The notes under the pieces: model-generated
What the model saw: only the letters and a program-made list of their open reading frames with translations
Databases searched by the model: none
What the model was told of the DNA's origin: nothing
Shown: positions 31,616 to 41,777 of the stretch, piece by piece
Numbering within the stretch: the stretch's first letter is position 1
Layout of the letters: the number at the start of each line of letters is the position of its first letter
From: an uncultured Acidobacteriota bacterium
GTDB lineage: Bacteria; Acidobacteriota; UBA6911
DNA: 64,000 bases
Assembly: GCA_963827655.1 (NCBI GenBank)
Contig: CAWHCF010000022.1
Coordinates: 128,001 to 192,000, forward strand
Direction: 5' to 3'
Program-made: the position numbers and the translations under genes

Positions 31616-32569
31616 TCATTGCGCCACTTTGAGCACGAGGTTGCGGAACGAAACCTTTCCGTGATCACCTTGTAACATGAGCGGTCCCGGCTCGCCTTCC
31701 TGGCTATCGAGCGCTCCTCCAGTGATCCCCGGAATCTCCTTGTTGCTGATAACGGTCTTGTCGTTCAAGACGACCGTCAGGTGACGACCCAGCAAGGTGA
31801 TGTCGTATTTCTGCCATTCGCCGGCCTTCTTTCCGGCGTTTTCGGTAGGATCGATGAAACCATAGAGCCCGCCTATGAAATGGCTTTCCGGCGGTTTGCC
31901 AAAATCGTCCTGAATCTGCACTTCGTACCGCCCTCTCAGGTAGACACCGCTGTTGCTCTTGGGCGCGACGTTGAATTCGATGTGTAGCGAGAAATCACGG
32001 AAACTTTCGGTTGTGACAATATCGCTCGAAGGCATGTCGTTTTCGAGAATGCCGTTGACGACTTTCCACCCGTTGGGGAGTTTCGGATCCTTCAGTTTCC
32101 AGCCTGTCATATCCCGGCCGTTGAAGATTGGCCGGGACGGTCCCCACTTGGGATTTTGATTAGCGGGAAGCGGCGGCGCCGGAACACCGCTCCAGGGCTG
32201 ATCGGCGCCTTCTTCGACGATCGCCTTTCCCTTGAGTTCACGTCCGGACGCGGAAAGACTCCCCTCAAAAACCAGATCTCCCTTCATCTTCTCGTATTGA
32301 GGCGGGAGCGAGAATTTCAGACGTCCACCGTCGAATTCCATCTGCTTGATGGGGCGGGCGCTCCCGACTCGTCCGACAAAGCGGCCCGAGTACTTGTTCC
32401 CGTTCCGCGTTACTTCCAACCAGGACGGGTAGGCGGCGCCAGCGGGACCAACCGTCAGATCCCACCGGCCAACGGCGTCGTTTGCCGCGCCGCTCCAACT
32501 CCGAGAAAGGCTGGAAGTAAGAACGAGGCTCATCGCCAACGAGAGCCAGGTAAGAATTTTGCGTCCCAT
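31616..32569 (-). CDS. DUF1080 (3-keto-disaccharide hydrolase-like) secreted protein
   Basis: IFNGRDMTGW, SNSGVYLRGRYEVQI, GPLMLQGDHG motifs; start MGRKILTW after GGAGGAG. Confidence 0.88.
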   Translation of the reverse strand: MGRKILTWLSLAMSLVLTSSLSRSWSGAANDAVGRWDLTVGPAGAAYPSWLEVTRNGNKYSGRFVGRVGSARPIKQMEFDGGRLKFSLPPQYEKMKGDLVFEGSLSASGRELKGKAIVEEGADQPWSGVPAPPLPANQNPKWGPSRPIFNGRDMTGWKLKDPKLPNGWKVVNGILENDMPSSDIVTTESFRDFSLHIEFNVAPKSNSGVYLRGRYEVQIQDDFGKPPESHFIGGLYGFIDPTENAGKKAGEWQKYDITLLGRHLTVVLNDKTVISNKEIPGITGGALDSQEGEPGPLMLQGDHGKVSFRNLVLKVAQ

Positions 32570-32735
32570 AGACTCCTCCAAGAAACAGCGAAAGACAGTG
32601 GACCATGATCCCAAAGCATGGCGCAAGATTGCAATTGTCGATAGTCAATCGTCAATTGTCAATCGATTGGCCCATCACGGTTCGTTGCGTTTCTTCGAGG
32701 CTTCGTGTCTTGGAGGTTGGCTTTTGTTGTGGGTG

Positions 32736-33812
32736 TCAGGGAGCATAGCCGGAGCGAATGGCACGGGCCCGGTCTCGCATTCTTTCGGCTTCGGGGTAAT
32801 TTCCAAGGTCCGTGAAAACCGTCATCAGATTCTCGAGGCTTATGGCGACGCTGGGATGCCGCGAGCCAAAAGATTTTTCCTGAATCGCGAGCGCTCGCCG
32901 GTACAGCTGCTCGGCATCGTCATATTTTCCCTGGAAGCGGCATACTTCCGCCAGGCTGCTAAGGCTTTCGATCAGATTCTGGCTTTCGGCGCCCAGGGCC
33001 TTCTCGAGCAAGGCAATGGAGGCCCGAAACAGGGGCTCCGCCTCGGAGTATTTCCCCTGGTCCCGGTAAAGCGTCGCCGTATTTCGGAGAACGGTCGCCA
33101 TCGTCGGATGTTCGGTCAGCTGCGCTTTCTCGAGAACGGCCTGGGCCTGGCGATACAGCGGAAGCGCCTTCGCGAAGTTCTTCTGGTCCGCGTATGAAGC
33201 TGCGAAATTATTGAGGCAGGTCGCCATCAGTAGAGGGTAGGGTTGGTTCGAGCTCTCAAGGGCCCTGAGAGCTCGCTGAAAGAGTTCCCGGGCTTCTTTA
33301 AACTTGCTCTGGTGCCGGAAAAGTTCTCCAAGGTTCAAATAGACCGGGGCGAGCCTTGGATCCTCGGAACCATAATTTCTTTCCCATATTTTGAGGGCGC
33401 GGCGATACAAGGGCTCTGCAAGCTCGTACTTACCTTCTGTCCGGTAGATGTCCGCCAGGTTGTTCAATCCCGTCGCAATCACCGGCTCCATGGGACCCAG
33501 CAGTTCCTCGCGGATCGATACAGAACGTTTTAGAAATTCAACCGCTTCGTCCAGTTTTCCAGTAATGCTGTGAAGCACGCCCAGATTGTTGAGAGAAGCA
33601 GCCAACTGCTCGTCACGCGCCCCAGAACGCTCCGCTTCGCCCAGGGCAGCCCTGAAATTCCGTTCCGCCTCGATGTAATTGCCTTGGCCATAAGCCTTCA
33701 TCCCGGCCTGGTTGAGCCTGGTCCACTCGCTTCCCTGCGCTCGGGCATGCAGCGAACCGATCAGAATCGATAGTATTGCGGTGAGGAAAAAACGGGATCC
33801 GGAAACCGGCAT
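32736..33812 (-). CDS. Secreted TPR protein (kinesin light chain-like repeats)
   Basis: Signal peptide; repeated LNNLA..Y..EGKY..AEPLY.RAL units. Confidence 0.88.
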   Translation of the reverse strand: MPVSGSRFFLTAILSILIGSLHARAQGSEWTRLNQAGMKAYGQGNYIEAERNFRAALGEAERSGARDEQLAASLNNLGVLHSITGKLDEAVEFLKRSVSIREELLGPMEPVIATGLNNLADIYRTEGKYELAEPLYRRALKIWERNYGSEDPRLAPVYLNLGELFRHQSKFKEARELFQRALRALESSNQPYPLLMATCLNNFAASYADQKNFAKALPLYRQAQAVLEKAQLTEHPTMATVLRNTATLYRDQGKYSEAEPLFRASIALLEKALGAESQNLIESLSSLAEVCRFQGKYDDAEQLYRRALAIQEKSFGSRHPSVAISLENLMTVFTDLGNYPEAERMRDRARAIRSGYAP

Positions 33813-33935
33813 CTTGTATTCCTTTCCCCCATTCGGAATACCTCCCCTCCCGCTTATGACAAGGTTGACAGCGTTTCTTCGAGTCCTCGTATCTTAGTGG
33901 TTGGTCTTTGCTCCAAAAAGCAGCATCAGGCAGTT

Positions 33936-34646
33936 TCAGTTGCTCTGGGCCATGGCCAGGCTCTCCTCGACGATGCGGCCATCAAAAAGGTGCACGGTCT
34001 TTTGCGCGTGCCGGGAAAAGCGAGGATCATGCGTCACCATGCAGATCGTGGCGCCCTCCTGGTGAAGATTGGCGAGCAAATCCATAACCGCCTCGCCGTT
34101 CTTGGAATCCAGGTTCCCGGTAGGTTCATCGGCCAGGAGAATGAGTGGCTGGCCCACCAGAGCGCGCGCCACAGCTACTCGCTGCTGCTGGCCTCCCGAG
34201 AGCTGGCTGGGCAGGTGCTTGGCCCGGTGCGCCATCCCTACTTTTTCCAGGGCCTCCGTTACCCGCCCCTTGCGGTCCGCCGATCTCATTCCCCGATATG
34301 TAAGTGGAAGCTCAACGTTCTCAAAAACCGTCAGGTCTCCGATCAGATTAAAACTCTGGAAGATAAACCCGATCTCACGATTGCGAATTCGAGCCCGTTC
34401 CGAAAGCTTCAGATTCTCCACCGCCTTGCCGCTCAGCCAGTACCCACCTTCCGAAGGCGAGTCGAGCAGCCCAAGAATCGAAAGCAGCGTGGACTTGCCG
34501 CAGCCCGACGGGCCTGCAATGGATACGAAATCACCACTGCCTATCTCCAGGTGAATACCTGAAAGGGCATGTGTCTCTACTTCGTCGGTTAAGAAGACCT
34601 TGGTGACGCCATCGAGGCGTATCAGTGGCTGCTCAGATCCCATCAC
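33936..34646 (-). CDS. ABC transporter ATP-binding protein (MacB/LolD-like), no adjacent permease
   Basis: [32 protein letters not shown]. Confidence 0.95.
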   Translation of the reverse strand: MMGSEQPLIRLDGVTKVFLTDEVETHALSGIHLEIGSGDFVSIAGPSGCGKSTLLSILGLLDSPSEGGYWLSGKAVENLKLSERARIRNREIGFIFQSFNLIGDLTVFENVELPLTYRGMRSADRKGRVTEALEKVGMAHRAKHLPSQLSGGQQQRVAVARALVGQPLILLADEPTGNLDSKNGEAVMDLLANLHQEGATICMVTHDPRFSRHAQKTVHLFDGRIVEESLAMAQSN

Positions 34647-34887
34647 TACTTTCCTCCTCTGTAAAATCTGGCGGCAGCAGGTTACCTCTACCCGCTGTGC
34701 GTCGCTTTGTTACCCCCGGGCACTCAATCTCAATAAACAACTCAAATCGAAGTTGCCTATTAGACGCAGGAAAGGGCAAAAGAGTTTGCTTGAAATCGGC
34801 GGAAATACCGGAGAGCTTTGCGCCGGTCACCGCGCCACTGGTCCAACAATGAGCTGAAACGTAAAACCTGGTGCCATGGTTCAGATA

Positions 34888-35012
34888 AATTTACGATTGA
34901 CGATTGACGATTGACGATTTAAAAAACCGGAGGCCCTGCATAATCGACAATCGTCAATTCCGCAGGGCCTCTGTTTTTTTAAATCGTCAATCGTAAATCG
35001 TCAATCGTAAAT
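34888..35012. repeat. Inverted heptamer (GATTGAC)n arrays flanking the terminator
   Basis: Tandem GATTGAC units at 34888-34920 and the complement at 34981-35012. Solo arrays occur at about 30473, 32633 and 49188. Confidence 0.8.
34921..34980. terminator. Intrinsic terminator-like hairpin, possibly bidirectional
   Basis: AAAAAACCGGAGGCCCTGC ... GCAGGGCCTCTGTTTTTTT just downstream of the DUF4097 operon. Confidence 0.7.
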
Positions 35013-35021
35013 CCCTGTGGG

Positions 35022-35849
35022 TTACTTGCCTGCCTTCCTTATATAGATACTTCCGTTGAAATTCGTGAAGTGGATCTCCGGGCCGCCCCCGTTGATCGTG
35101 CCATACACAGCCTTGTCGACGCGGACCCTGTATTTCCCGCCTTGGCCGCGCGAGTCCTCGACGACAGGTTGCCGCGTCGCAGGGTCGAGCTGGATGTCAA
35201 AATCGCTGAAGATTTCGCCGTTGTCGGTCTTCACTACTACCTTGGCCTTGATGTTCTCGGGAAACGTGACATCCACCTTCCCGTTCATGGAACTGAAGGA
35301 CATGGTTTTGCCCTGCATCACCTGGTTGAAAAGAACGACCACACCACCGTTGAGCGCGTGAGCTACGGCTGAACCAGAGATTCCGGTGAGCGTCACTGAA
35401 CCATTCACATTGTTCGCCTCGATATCGCCCTGAACTCGCTCTACCTTGATATCACCGCTATTCACACAGCCGAGCTTCAGGGACGTCCGAGTCGGAACTT
35501 GAATCAGCAGATCAACTGGGCGGCTGTGAGAAGAGGCGCTTACATCGATGACGTTGTTTTCCTCGACCACCGTCAGCCCGGTCGTCGCGATCTGAAGGCG
35601 CTTCATTCCTTCGGTTCGCTCTGCTGACTTCTCTGATCGTCTCGACCGGCCGGCGCGCGAGCGCGCCTCCACAATGACTTCCTTCCCATCGTAGGCCGTC
35701 ACCGTGATTCCACCGTGAATCAGATTGGCCTTGACCTGTCCGGGCCGGGAAGGATCGGAGAACGGAACCGTCACCTTGTCGGAGGCCTCCTGGCCGCACA
35801 AGGATCCGGACATAAGAAGCAGGATCAGGGAGCAATAAAGACGTTGCAT
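35022..35849 (-). CDS. DUF4097 beta-strand repeat protein
   Basis: Signal peptide MQRLYCSLILLL; repeated NGSV/NGGV/NGKV/NGEI/NGSI turns. Confidence 0.85.
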   Translation of the reverse strand: MQRLYCSLILLLMSGSLCGQEASDKVTVPFSDPSRPGQVKANLIHGGITVTAYDGKEVIVEARSRAGRSRRSEKSAERTEGMKRLQIATTGLTVVEENNVIDVSASSHSRPVDLLIQVPTRTSLKLGCVNSGDIKVERVQGDIEANNVNGSVTLTGISGSAVAHALNGGVVVLFNQVMQGKTMSFSSMNGKVDVTFPENIKAKVVVKTDNGEIFSDFDIQLDPATRQPVVEDSRGQGGKYRVRVDKAVYGTINGGGPEIHFTNFNGSIYIRKAGK

Positions 35850-35853
35850 TAGC

Positions 35854-36714
35854 CTATTCCTTCCTTTCAAGTACACGAATATTGCCGTTGAAAGCGTCCA
35901 GTTTGATCTCCGCTCCTCCCTTTCCCACGCGGACTCCGGAGAATCTGTCGCTTCGATAAATGAACTTGCCGTCGCGGCGCTCCCGTGATCCTTCACCGGG
36001 GGGGAGATAGCTGACAGGAAAATCGCTATACACATTGCCGTTGAAAGTCTTGAAGCGCAAATCAGCCGAAAGATTCGGGCGGAAGTAAAGATCGACGTCG
36101 CCGTTGAGTGAGCCGAAGTAAGAATCGGCAGCAGGGTTTTTACTGAAGACCACTTTCACCTTGCCGTTGACCGCATAGGCTCGACCCGAGCCGGCCACAT
36201 CCGACATCTCGATGCCCCCATTGATATTCTTGATATCAAAGGCGCCGGAAAGATTGCTGATCTTGATCTCGCCGTGGTTCACGGTTCGTAGATGGAGATC
36301 CGTGCCGGTCGGCACTTTGAGTTGAAAATCGAAGCTGACGAGGTATCCATAGTGTCGCCAACCTGGGTAGTTAACACCGCCGTCGCGGCACCTCCACGGG
36401 GTGTCGACATAGGCGACGATCTGGTTTTCTTTTTGTGACAGGTCGAGGCGGACGTCCTGCCGCGCCTTTTCGAGTTTTTCCTTCGACTCTGCCCGGATCG
36501 TCTTGTTGACGACCAGTTGAACCTCGCGTCCGTTGTATCCGGTCACTTCCACTGAACCGTCGATGTTGTCCACCTTTACTTGCTTGATCCCAGGGGCATC
36601 CGTCAGAATAAAGTTCTTTTGGATCGTCTCTTTCTCTTCCACTTGAAGCTCGCCCGCGCCGAGCGAGACCGTCACAGACCATGCGGCAAACGTGATCGAC
36701 CATAGTTTTGTCAT
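35854..36714 (-). CDS. DUF4097 beta-strand repeat protein
   Basis: Signal peptide MTKLWSITF; NGGI/NGKV/NGDV/NGNV/NGNI repeats. Confidence 0.85.
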   Translation of the reverse strand: MTKLWSITFAAWSVTVSLGAGELQVEEKETIQKNFILTDAPGIKQVKVDNIDGSVEVTGYNGREVQLVVNKTIRAESKEKLEKARQDVRLDLSQKENQIVAYVDTPWRCRDGGVNYPGWRHYGYLVSFDFQLKVPTGTDLHLRTVNHGEIKISNLSGAFDIKNINGGIEMSDVAGSGRAYAVNGKVKVVFSKNPAADSYFGSLNGDVDLYFRPNLSADLRFKTFNGNVYSDFPVSYLPPGEGSRERRDGKFIYRSDRFSGVRVGKGGAEIKLDAFNGNIRVLERKE

Positions 36715-36796
36715 AGAGTTCTCTTTACAATTGGGCTTGGTCCCGATTGATCCTGCTGGTATCGGTTGATGCCATCCGGTAATCCGCAATCGGGAG

Positions 36797-37606
36797 TTAG
36801 CTTAGTTCGCGCAATCCCCGTTCAGCCCGCTGCCTGACTACCTGGTGCATGGTTTCGTCTTCCGCCAGTTGGCGCAGAGCTGTCGCCGATTGCCGTTCGC
36901 GTATTTGCACCATGAGATCGATGAGCGCGATCTGGACCAGCGGTGAATTCTGGCGCGTCAGCGCCCGGATCAGGCCCTGCCTCACATCAGCCCGGTCCGA
37001 GAAGTTCGACAATGCATCGACAGACGCGAGCCTGACGTTGGTGTTCGGATCGTAATTCAACGCATCCAGCAAAGCCGATATCACCTTTTCATCCGGAGAG
37101 GTCATGCGAGAACTCCAGCTCACGCCCTGAAGTCGCTCGCTGGCGGATTGCTGCTGGAGCAGCGAGAGGGCAACCAGTTGCCTCATGTGATGTAACTCAG
37201 TGCGCAGTTCCGCGAGCTCAACATTGCCTCGCCCCTTGACACTCAGCAGGTAACCCGAGGTCAATCCGACTATCAAGAAAACCAGGGCCAGCCCGGACTG
37301 GAACGCAAGACGGCCTGGCGAGAACCCTTGAGCCCACGAGCTCGCCCTCGCCCGCCAGCGACGGGAAGGCTGGAGCAGTCCCTCTTTGTATCCCTCCAGC
37401 ATTCCATGGAAGCGCGCCCGCATGCCTTCGGGCGCCTTCTCTTCCGGCCAGGCTGAAAGTTTCCTCCAAACAAAATCGAGGCTCTCAACCTCTTCACGGC
37501 ACCCGGCACACTCCTCAAGGTGCGACCGCACTTCAGCCTTCGTGGTTTCGTCCGTGTCGCCAAGCAAATAATCCGGGAGCAGTTCATCCATGCGGTTACA
37601 TTTCAT
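36797..37606 (-). CDS. Anti-sigma factor (zf-HC2, TM helix, HEAT repeats)
   Basis: HLEECAGC (HxxxCxxC), TM helix, DPNTNVRLASVDAL and SPLVQIALID; directly downstream of an ECF sigma. Confidence 0.85.
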   Translation of the reverse strand: MKCNRMDELLPDYLLGDTDETTKAEVRSHLEECAGCREEVESLDFVWRKLSAWPEEKAPEGMRARFHGMLEGYKEGLLQPSRRWRARASSWAQGFSPGRLAFQSGLALVFLIVGLTSGYLLSVKGRGNVELAELRTELHHMRQLVALSLLQQQSASERLQGVSWSSRMTSPDEKVISALLDALNYDPNTNVRLASVDALSNFSDRADVRQGLIRALTRQNSPLVQIALIDLMVQIRERQSATALRQLAEDETMHQVVRQRAERGLRELS

Positions 37607-37684
37607 GGCGTAACACCTCACTTCCGCAGCATTGAAACAATCGCGCAGACACGAATTTGCGCCTGCTTCGGGGAGCGGCACAGC

Positions 37685-38239
37685 TCACGACGCCTTCTCT
37701 CCCTGAATTTGAAAAAACGCATTTCTCAAATCCTTGATCGCTCGATACACTCGAACCTTGACCGCGCCGATTTCGCACCCAAGGATTTCAGCGATCTGTT
37801 CGTACTTCAGTCGCTGGAACCGGCTCAGGATCAGCACCTCTCGCTTTTCGGGAGACAGTTTGGCTAGCGCGCCGCGCAGCAGAGCCAGCTCCTGCGATTT
37901 TTCGATTCTTTCTCCGGGGGCTGGGTCAGAACTCATCGGTTCCTCCTGTTCGTCCAATGTGACTTCCCGCTGCTTCTTTCGCAGCTGATCAAATCGAACA
38001 TGACGGGCGATCTGGTACATCCAGGAAGTGAACTGGCTGTTGTCCCGGTAAGCGTGCCGGTACTTGAGCATGCGGAAGAAAACCTCCTGGACCAGGTCTT
38101 CGCTGAACTGCTGGTTTCCGCTCAGGCGAACAAAGAAGTTGTACAGACTCTCGTGATACCGCTCGAACAGGTGCCCTAGATTTGCGATCTCGCCATCACG
38201 AACTTTCAGCATTAATTGGTGATCTGTCGGCGAAGTCAC
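37685..38239 (-). CDS. ECF RNA polymerase sigma factor
   Basis: SEDLVQEVF, FTSWMYQIARH, KYEQIAEILGCEIGAVKVRVYRA. Confidence 0.93.
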   Translation of the reverse strand: MTSPTDHQLMLKVRDGEIANLGHLFERYHESLYNFFVRLSGNQQFSEDLVQEVFFRMLKYRHAYRDNSQFTSWMYQIARHVRFDQLRKKQREVTLDEQEEPMSSDPAPGERIEKSQELALLRGALAKLSPEKREVLILSRFQRLKYEQIAEILGCEIGAVKVRVYRAIKDLRNAFFQIQGEKAS

Positions 38240-38294
38240 GCGCTTTCTGTCCTGTCTCCGTCCATGGTCTACAGCGAGTCCGTCCGTCGGTCAA

Positions 38295-38322
38295 GTAAAC
38301 TGCATCAGCGTCAAAAGGTTAC
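38295..38322 (-). promoter_or_regulatory. Putative ECF autoregulatory promoter GTAACC-N16-GTTTAC
   Basis: Lies about 55 bp upstream of the ECF gene. The same GTAACCTTTT recurs upstream of the permease starting at 63184. Confidence 0.5.
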
Positions 38323-38508
38323 AAGGAAGCGGAACCGAATCCTGGCAAATGGTTAACTCAGTATTACGTATTTATCAATAATAGTCATAATTTACAACAA
38401 CATCACTTAAGTATTTAATTGATGGTGGCGGCTAGAGCCGTCTGCCCCGGCTCTTCACCTGCGGCGACACCTGGTTCCTGCGCACGATGACTAATCGCCC
38501 GATGCAAA

Positions 38509-39051
38509 CTACGTGACCGATTTCCTGTCCGGGTGTGCGCCGCGTTCCTTCTCTGAATCGCGAGAAATCACGCTGATCCGGCCGTCCCCTTCCATGTAAG
38601 CCTTTTTCACCTCGGCCACGTCTTCCACACCCTGCTCGCGCAGGTAGCTCATCAATTCCTGCTCGCCGATTAACTCCCGCCTCATATTCCGCCGAAGCAT
38701 GTGGCCATTCTCAATCAGGGGCAATGGCGGAGGATGCAAAAGCCGCTGAAGTCGTGGGAATTGGTAACCAAGCCAGTCCAGGGTGAAGTCCCAGAAGACG
38801 AGCGTCGCGACCAGCGCAATGCCCTCTGTGATGGACTTGTACTCGCCCGCCATCGCGTTCTGTGCGGCGTCCGCAATCAAGACTACGACCAGCAGGTCGG
38901 CAAGGCCAATCACACCCGCCTCCCGCTTCAAGACAAAACGCATCAAAGAGAACAGCGCCAGATACGTGAGCGTCCCGCGCATAATGATCTCAAGTATGGA
39001 AACCGTCGGAACGAATGCGCCTTTCCAATCGATGTTAAATAGAGTCTCCAT
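38509..39051 (-). CDS. DUF421 (YetF-like) membrane protein
   Basis: Three TM helices; LREQGVEDVAEVKKAYMEGDGRISVI. Confidence 0.9.
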   Translation of the reverse strand: METLFNIDWKGAFVPTVSILEIIMRGTLTYLALFSLMRFVLKREAGVIGLADLLVVVLIADAAQNAMAGEYKSITEGIALVATLVFWDFTLDWLGYQFPRLQRLLHPPPLPLIENGHMLRRNMRRELIGEQELMSYLREQGVEDVAEVKKAYMEGDGRISVISRDSEKERGAHPDRKSVT

Positions 39052-39304
39052 TCAGGTTTCTCCCCCGCCAAGCAGGCGGCGTGCTGGTTTGAAACCAACC
39101 TCAAGGTTCGAGACCGGGAACAGTACCAATATTAGTGGTGTTTGTTCCGAGCGCTAACCACGAAGACACGAAGGCGCCAAGAAAGGCGAAAAAGAATTCG
39201 GAGATCACCGTGTACGAAAGTCGCGAAATCTCACGACGGCGGGCCGTTCCATACAGTAGAATTCGCGTCAATGAATTCGGACATCCTTGCTCGGGAGCAC
39301 ATGC

Positions 39305-39676
39305 ATGGCAGCTAAACCCACGACCATCGACCAGTATCTCGCGGCCTTGAGCGATGACAAGCGTGCTGCGCTCGAGAAGCTTCGCAAGATCATCAGGGCC
39401 GCGGCGCCGAAGGCTGAAGAGTGCATCAGCTACCAGCTCGCCGCTTTCCGTCAAGATGGAATGCTCGTGGCCTTCGGCGCAACCGCGAACCACTGCGCCT
39501 TCTACCTCATGAGTTCCTCCACGCTGGAGGCTCACAAGGACGAGATCAAGGACTATGACATCAGCAAGGGGACCATCCGCTTTCAGGCAGACAAGCCCCT
39601 GCCGGTTGCCCTGGTGCGGAAGCTGGTAAAGGCACGGCTCGCGGAGAACGCGGCCCGACGCAGAGAATCAAAATAG
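39305..39676 (+). CDS. DUF1801 (YdhG-like) protein
   Basis: TIDQYLAAL...APKAEECISYQ...SKGTIRFQADKPLP. Confidence 0.88.
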   Translation: MAAKPTTIDQYLAALSDDKRAALEKLRKIIRAAAPKAEECISYQLAAFRQDGMLVAFGATANHCAFYLMSSSTLEAHKDEIKDYDISKGTIRFQADKPLPVALVRKLVKARLAENAARRRESK

Positions 39677-39688
39677 CCAGATCCACCG

Positions 39689-39815
39689 ATGGACAAAGAC
39701 CAGGTACTGGTGTGGCTCGAATGACGCGGGACCCGGCGCATCGTCGAGGGGATGGCTCGATACGGCATCTTACACCCAGCTTCGCGCGTTCGGCGTGTCC
39801 ATGCGGCGACAGTGG
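39689..39815 (+). pseudogene. N-terminal remnant of an AlkD-like DNA alkylation repair protein
   Basis: MDKDQVLVWLE*RGTRRIVEGMARYGI, then a shifted frame giving RAFGVSM. It has an in-frame TGA and is truncated against the convergent gene. Confidence 0.55.
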
Positions 39816-39845
39816 TCGCACTCGCCAGCCCCGCGGCTGCCGGGT

Positions 39846-41777
39846 TTACTGCGTCGGGCTCGGTGACAGCGGCGGCTTGGGAAACTCGCCAGCTGGCTTC
39901 CTGACCGAGACATCCTCGAAGAGCAACGACGGTACGACAAACGAAACCAATGGTCCCGGGATATCGCCGAAGGCGAATTCGAGCGCCATCATGCTGCCGA
40001 AGGGATTTGGACTCGGCGCGCGGAACGGTGACGTGTATGCGATGCCGTCCTTGCCAGCGGCAAGAATATCCCTGAAGCTGGAGAGACTCAGTTCACCGAT
40101 TTCGGCGTTGCGGATCAGCCTCTCGCGACCGTCCTGAAAGACTTGGTAGGCGAGGATGGCGCCTTCCACGCGCGTACCTTCCTGGCCAGGCATCATTGCT
40201 GCGAACATAGCCCGGTCGCGGCTGATCTGGATGGAGGGATTCCCTACGCGACGAACCAGGATCCCATATTCCTTACCACGCTGTTTGGCCAGATCGATCA
40301 ATCTTTGTTTCAGCTCCGGCGCCGTCAAGCCTCCCTCGGCGGTCACGATGACATTGCTCGGCAGCGCCTGGTTGCCTCGCCGATTGCCCGAGCTGGAAAG
40401 GATCCCACGGACAGGATTCCGCATGGAAAGAAGCGTCTTGAGGATTCCGGCCTGCACGACCTGCGTCTCCCCGGCGCGAACGGCGTCATCATCGACTGGG
40501 TAGCCACCGACGAGCGGGGCACCGCCGTGCTGAGATAGACCAGGTCTGTCGGCCACGCTCAGAAAGGTGGGAAGCACACGCGAGCCGACGCGGTCGATCA
40601 GTGGATTCTCGGCTTGTGACGTCATGCGGGAGGTCATCTGAGGGTTATCGGAGATGGGCATGCGTGCAGCGAGCAGCTTGGGCGCGAACCCCTGGCTAAA
40701 GACCTCGGCGGCAGCTTGTCCCTCGAAGAGGACTGGCCCGGTGTAGTTATCCGGAGTTGTGGCGGAGCGAAGGGCCTGAAGGTTGGCACGTATGTTTCTC
40801 ACCATTCCTTCAAGTTCGGCTTTCTTTGGAAGTTGCTCCAACAAGGGTGCATAGGCCGTGACGAAGTCCTGCAACGGCATCCCGTCGTCGGCCTGGGTGG
40901 CAGCCTGGGCCACCAGGGATACAAGGGGCGTCTGACGCACGAAAGAGGAACCTTCGCTATTGACATACCAGATCGTCGAGGTGCCGCCGCTGATCCGTAC
41001 GGAAGACGTGTAAATATCCGGTGTCTTCACAAAGATGGAAGATAGGTCTCGAACGTGAGCTTCCAAGTCGGCCTGACGAAACTGAACGACCGGAGCAGCG
41101 GCTGGAGAAATCGTTACCGGGTCGGCCTTGGCAAAGTCGGGGATCTCGTCGCTGCGTGTCCGGTTCTGCAAAGCGGCTCGCTTTTTGGAGAGATCGTCGA
41201 GCGCCTTCTTATAGGCGCCGTCCGTCGCAAGCCAGAGCTGGCGGCGCAGCTCGTCGTAGTCGTTCTCCACTGTGACGGACATGACACCGCCGAACATGCG
41301 GGCGACGCCGGAAGGTCCCACCGGAAACGAAAGAAAGTTCGTGTTGTCGAGAGCAGGGCTGCCAACCCGGACTTCCACAATCAGCATTCGGTTGCGCGAC
41401 TCTCCGCTGGCGAGGAGGCTGCCCGCGGTCGCAGAGGCGTGAGTACCCGACCTCTCCTGAATCCGGTAAGCAATAAAATAGGGACCGTCGAGATTCTCCA
41501 GCTTGAGCTTCTTCATCGAGCGATCCAGTTCGTCGCGCATGGCACGAAGAATGATATTGTCCTGCGCAAATAGTGTAGTACCGGCCAATAGCAAGGTAAT
41601 AACCAGACAGGCTGACGAAAGCAGTTTGGCAGCCGGTGAGCTTCGTCGTGAGGCGTCATTCCTGCTGGGCGCTTCGCGCCAACCCCTCGCTAACGAAGAG
41701 AGTGGAAGCTCGAAGGGTTTCCGCCGGCCCTCAACACCTGTCGGTGCGTCCATCAATGCGCGCTTGCAGTCTTTCAT
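39846..41777 (-). CDS. TldE/PmbA-like subunit lacking HExxxH, probably exported
   Basis: Hydrophobic segment ending LFAQD, YTGPVLFEGQAA, YPVDDDAV, VVPSLLFEDV; ATGA coupling to the upstream gene. Confidence 0.8.
   Translation of the reverse strand: MKDCKRALMDAPTGVEGRRKPFELPLSSLARGWREAPSRNDASRRSSPAAKLLSSACLVITLLLAGTTLFAQDNIILRAMRDELDRSMKKLKLENLDGPYFIAYRIQERSGTHASATAGSLLASGESRNRMLIVEVRVGSPALDNTNFLSFPVGPSGVARMFGGVMSVTVENDYDELRRQLWLATDGAYKKALDDLSKKRAALQNRTRSDEIPDFAKADPVTISPAAAPVVQFRQADLEAHVRDLSSIFVKTPDIYTSSVRISGGTSTIWYVNSEGSSFVRQTPLVSLVAQAATQADDGMPLQDFVTAYAPLLEQLPKKAELEGMVRNIRANLQALRSATTPDNYTGPVLFEGQAAAEVFSQGFAPKLLAARMPISDNPQMTSRMTSQAENPLIDRVGSRVLPTFLSVADRPGLSQHGGAPLVGGYPVDDDAVRAGETQVVQAGILKTLLSMRNPVRGILSSSGNRRGNQALPSNVIVTAEGGLTAPELKQRLIDLAKQRGKEYGILVRRVGNPSIQISRDRAMFAAMMPGQEGTRVEGAILAYQVFQDGRERLIRNAEIGELSLSSFRDILAAGKDGIAYTSPFRAPSPNPFGSMMALEFAFGDIPGPLVSFVVPSLLFEDVSVRKPAGEFPKPPLSPSPTQ

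Noticed and set aside
34888-35012. Possible CRISPR array
   Set aside because: These are tandem 7-mers without unique spacers, and no cas genes are present. The other repeats also lack repeat-spacer periodicity.
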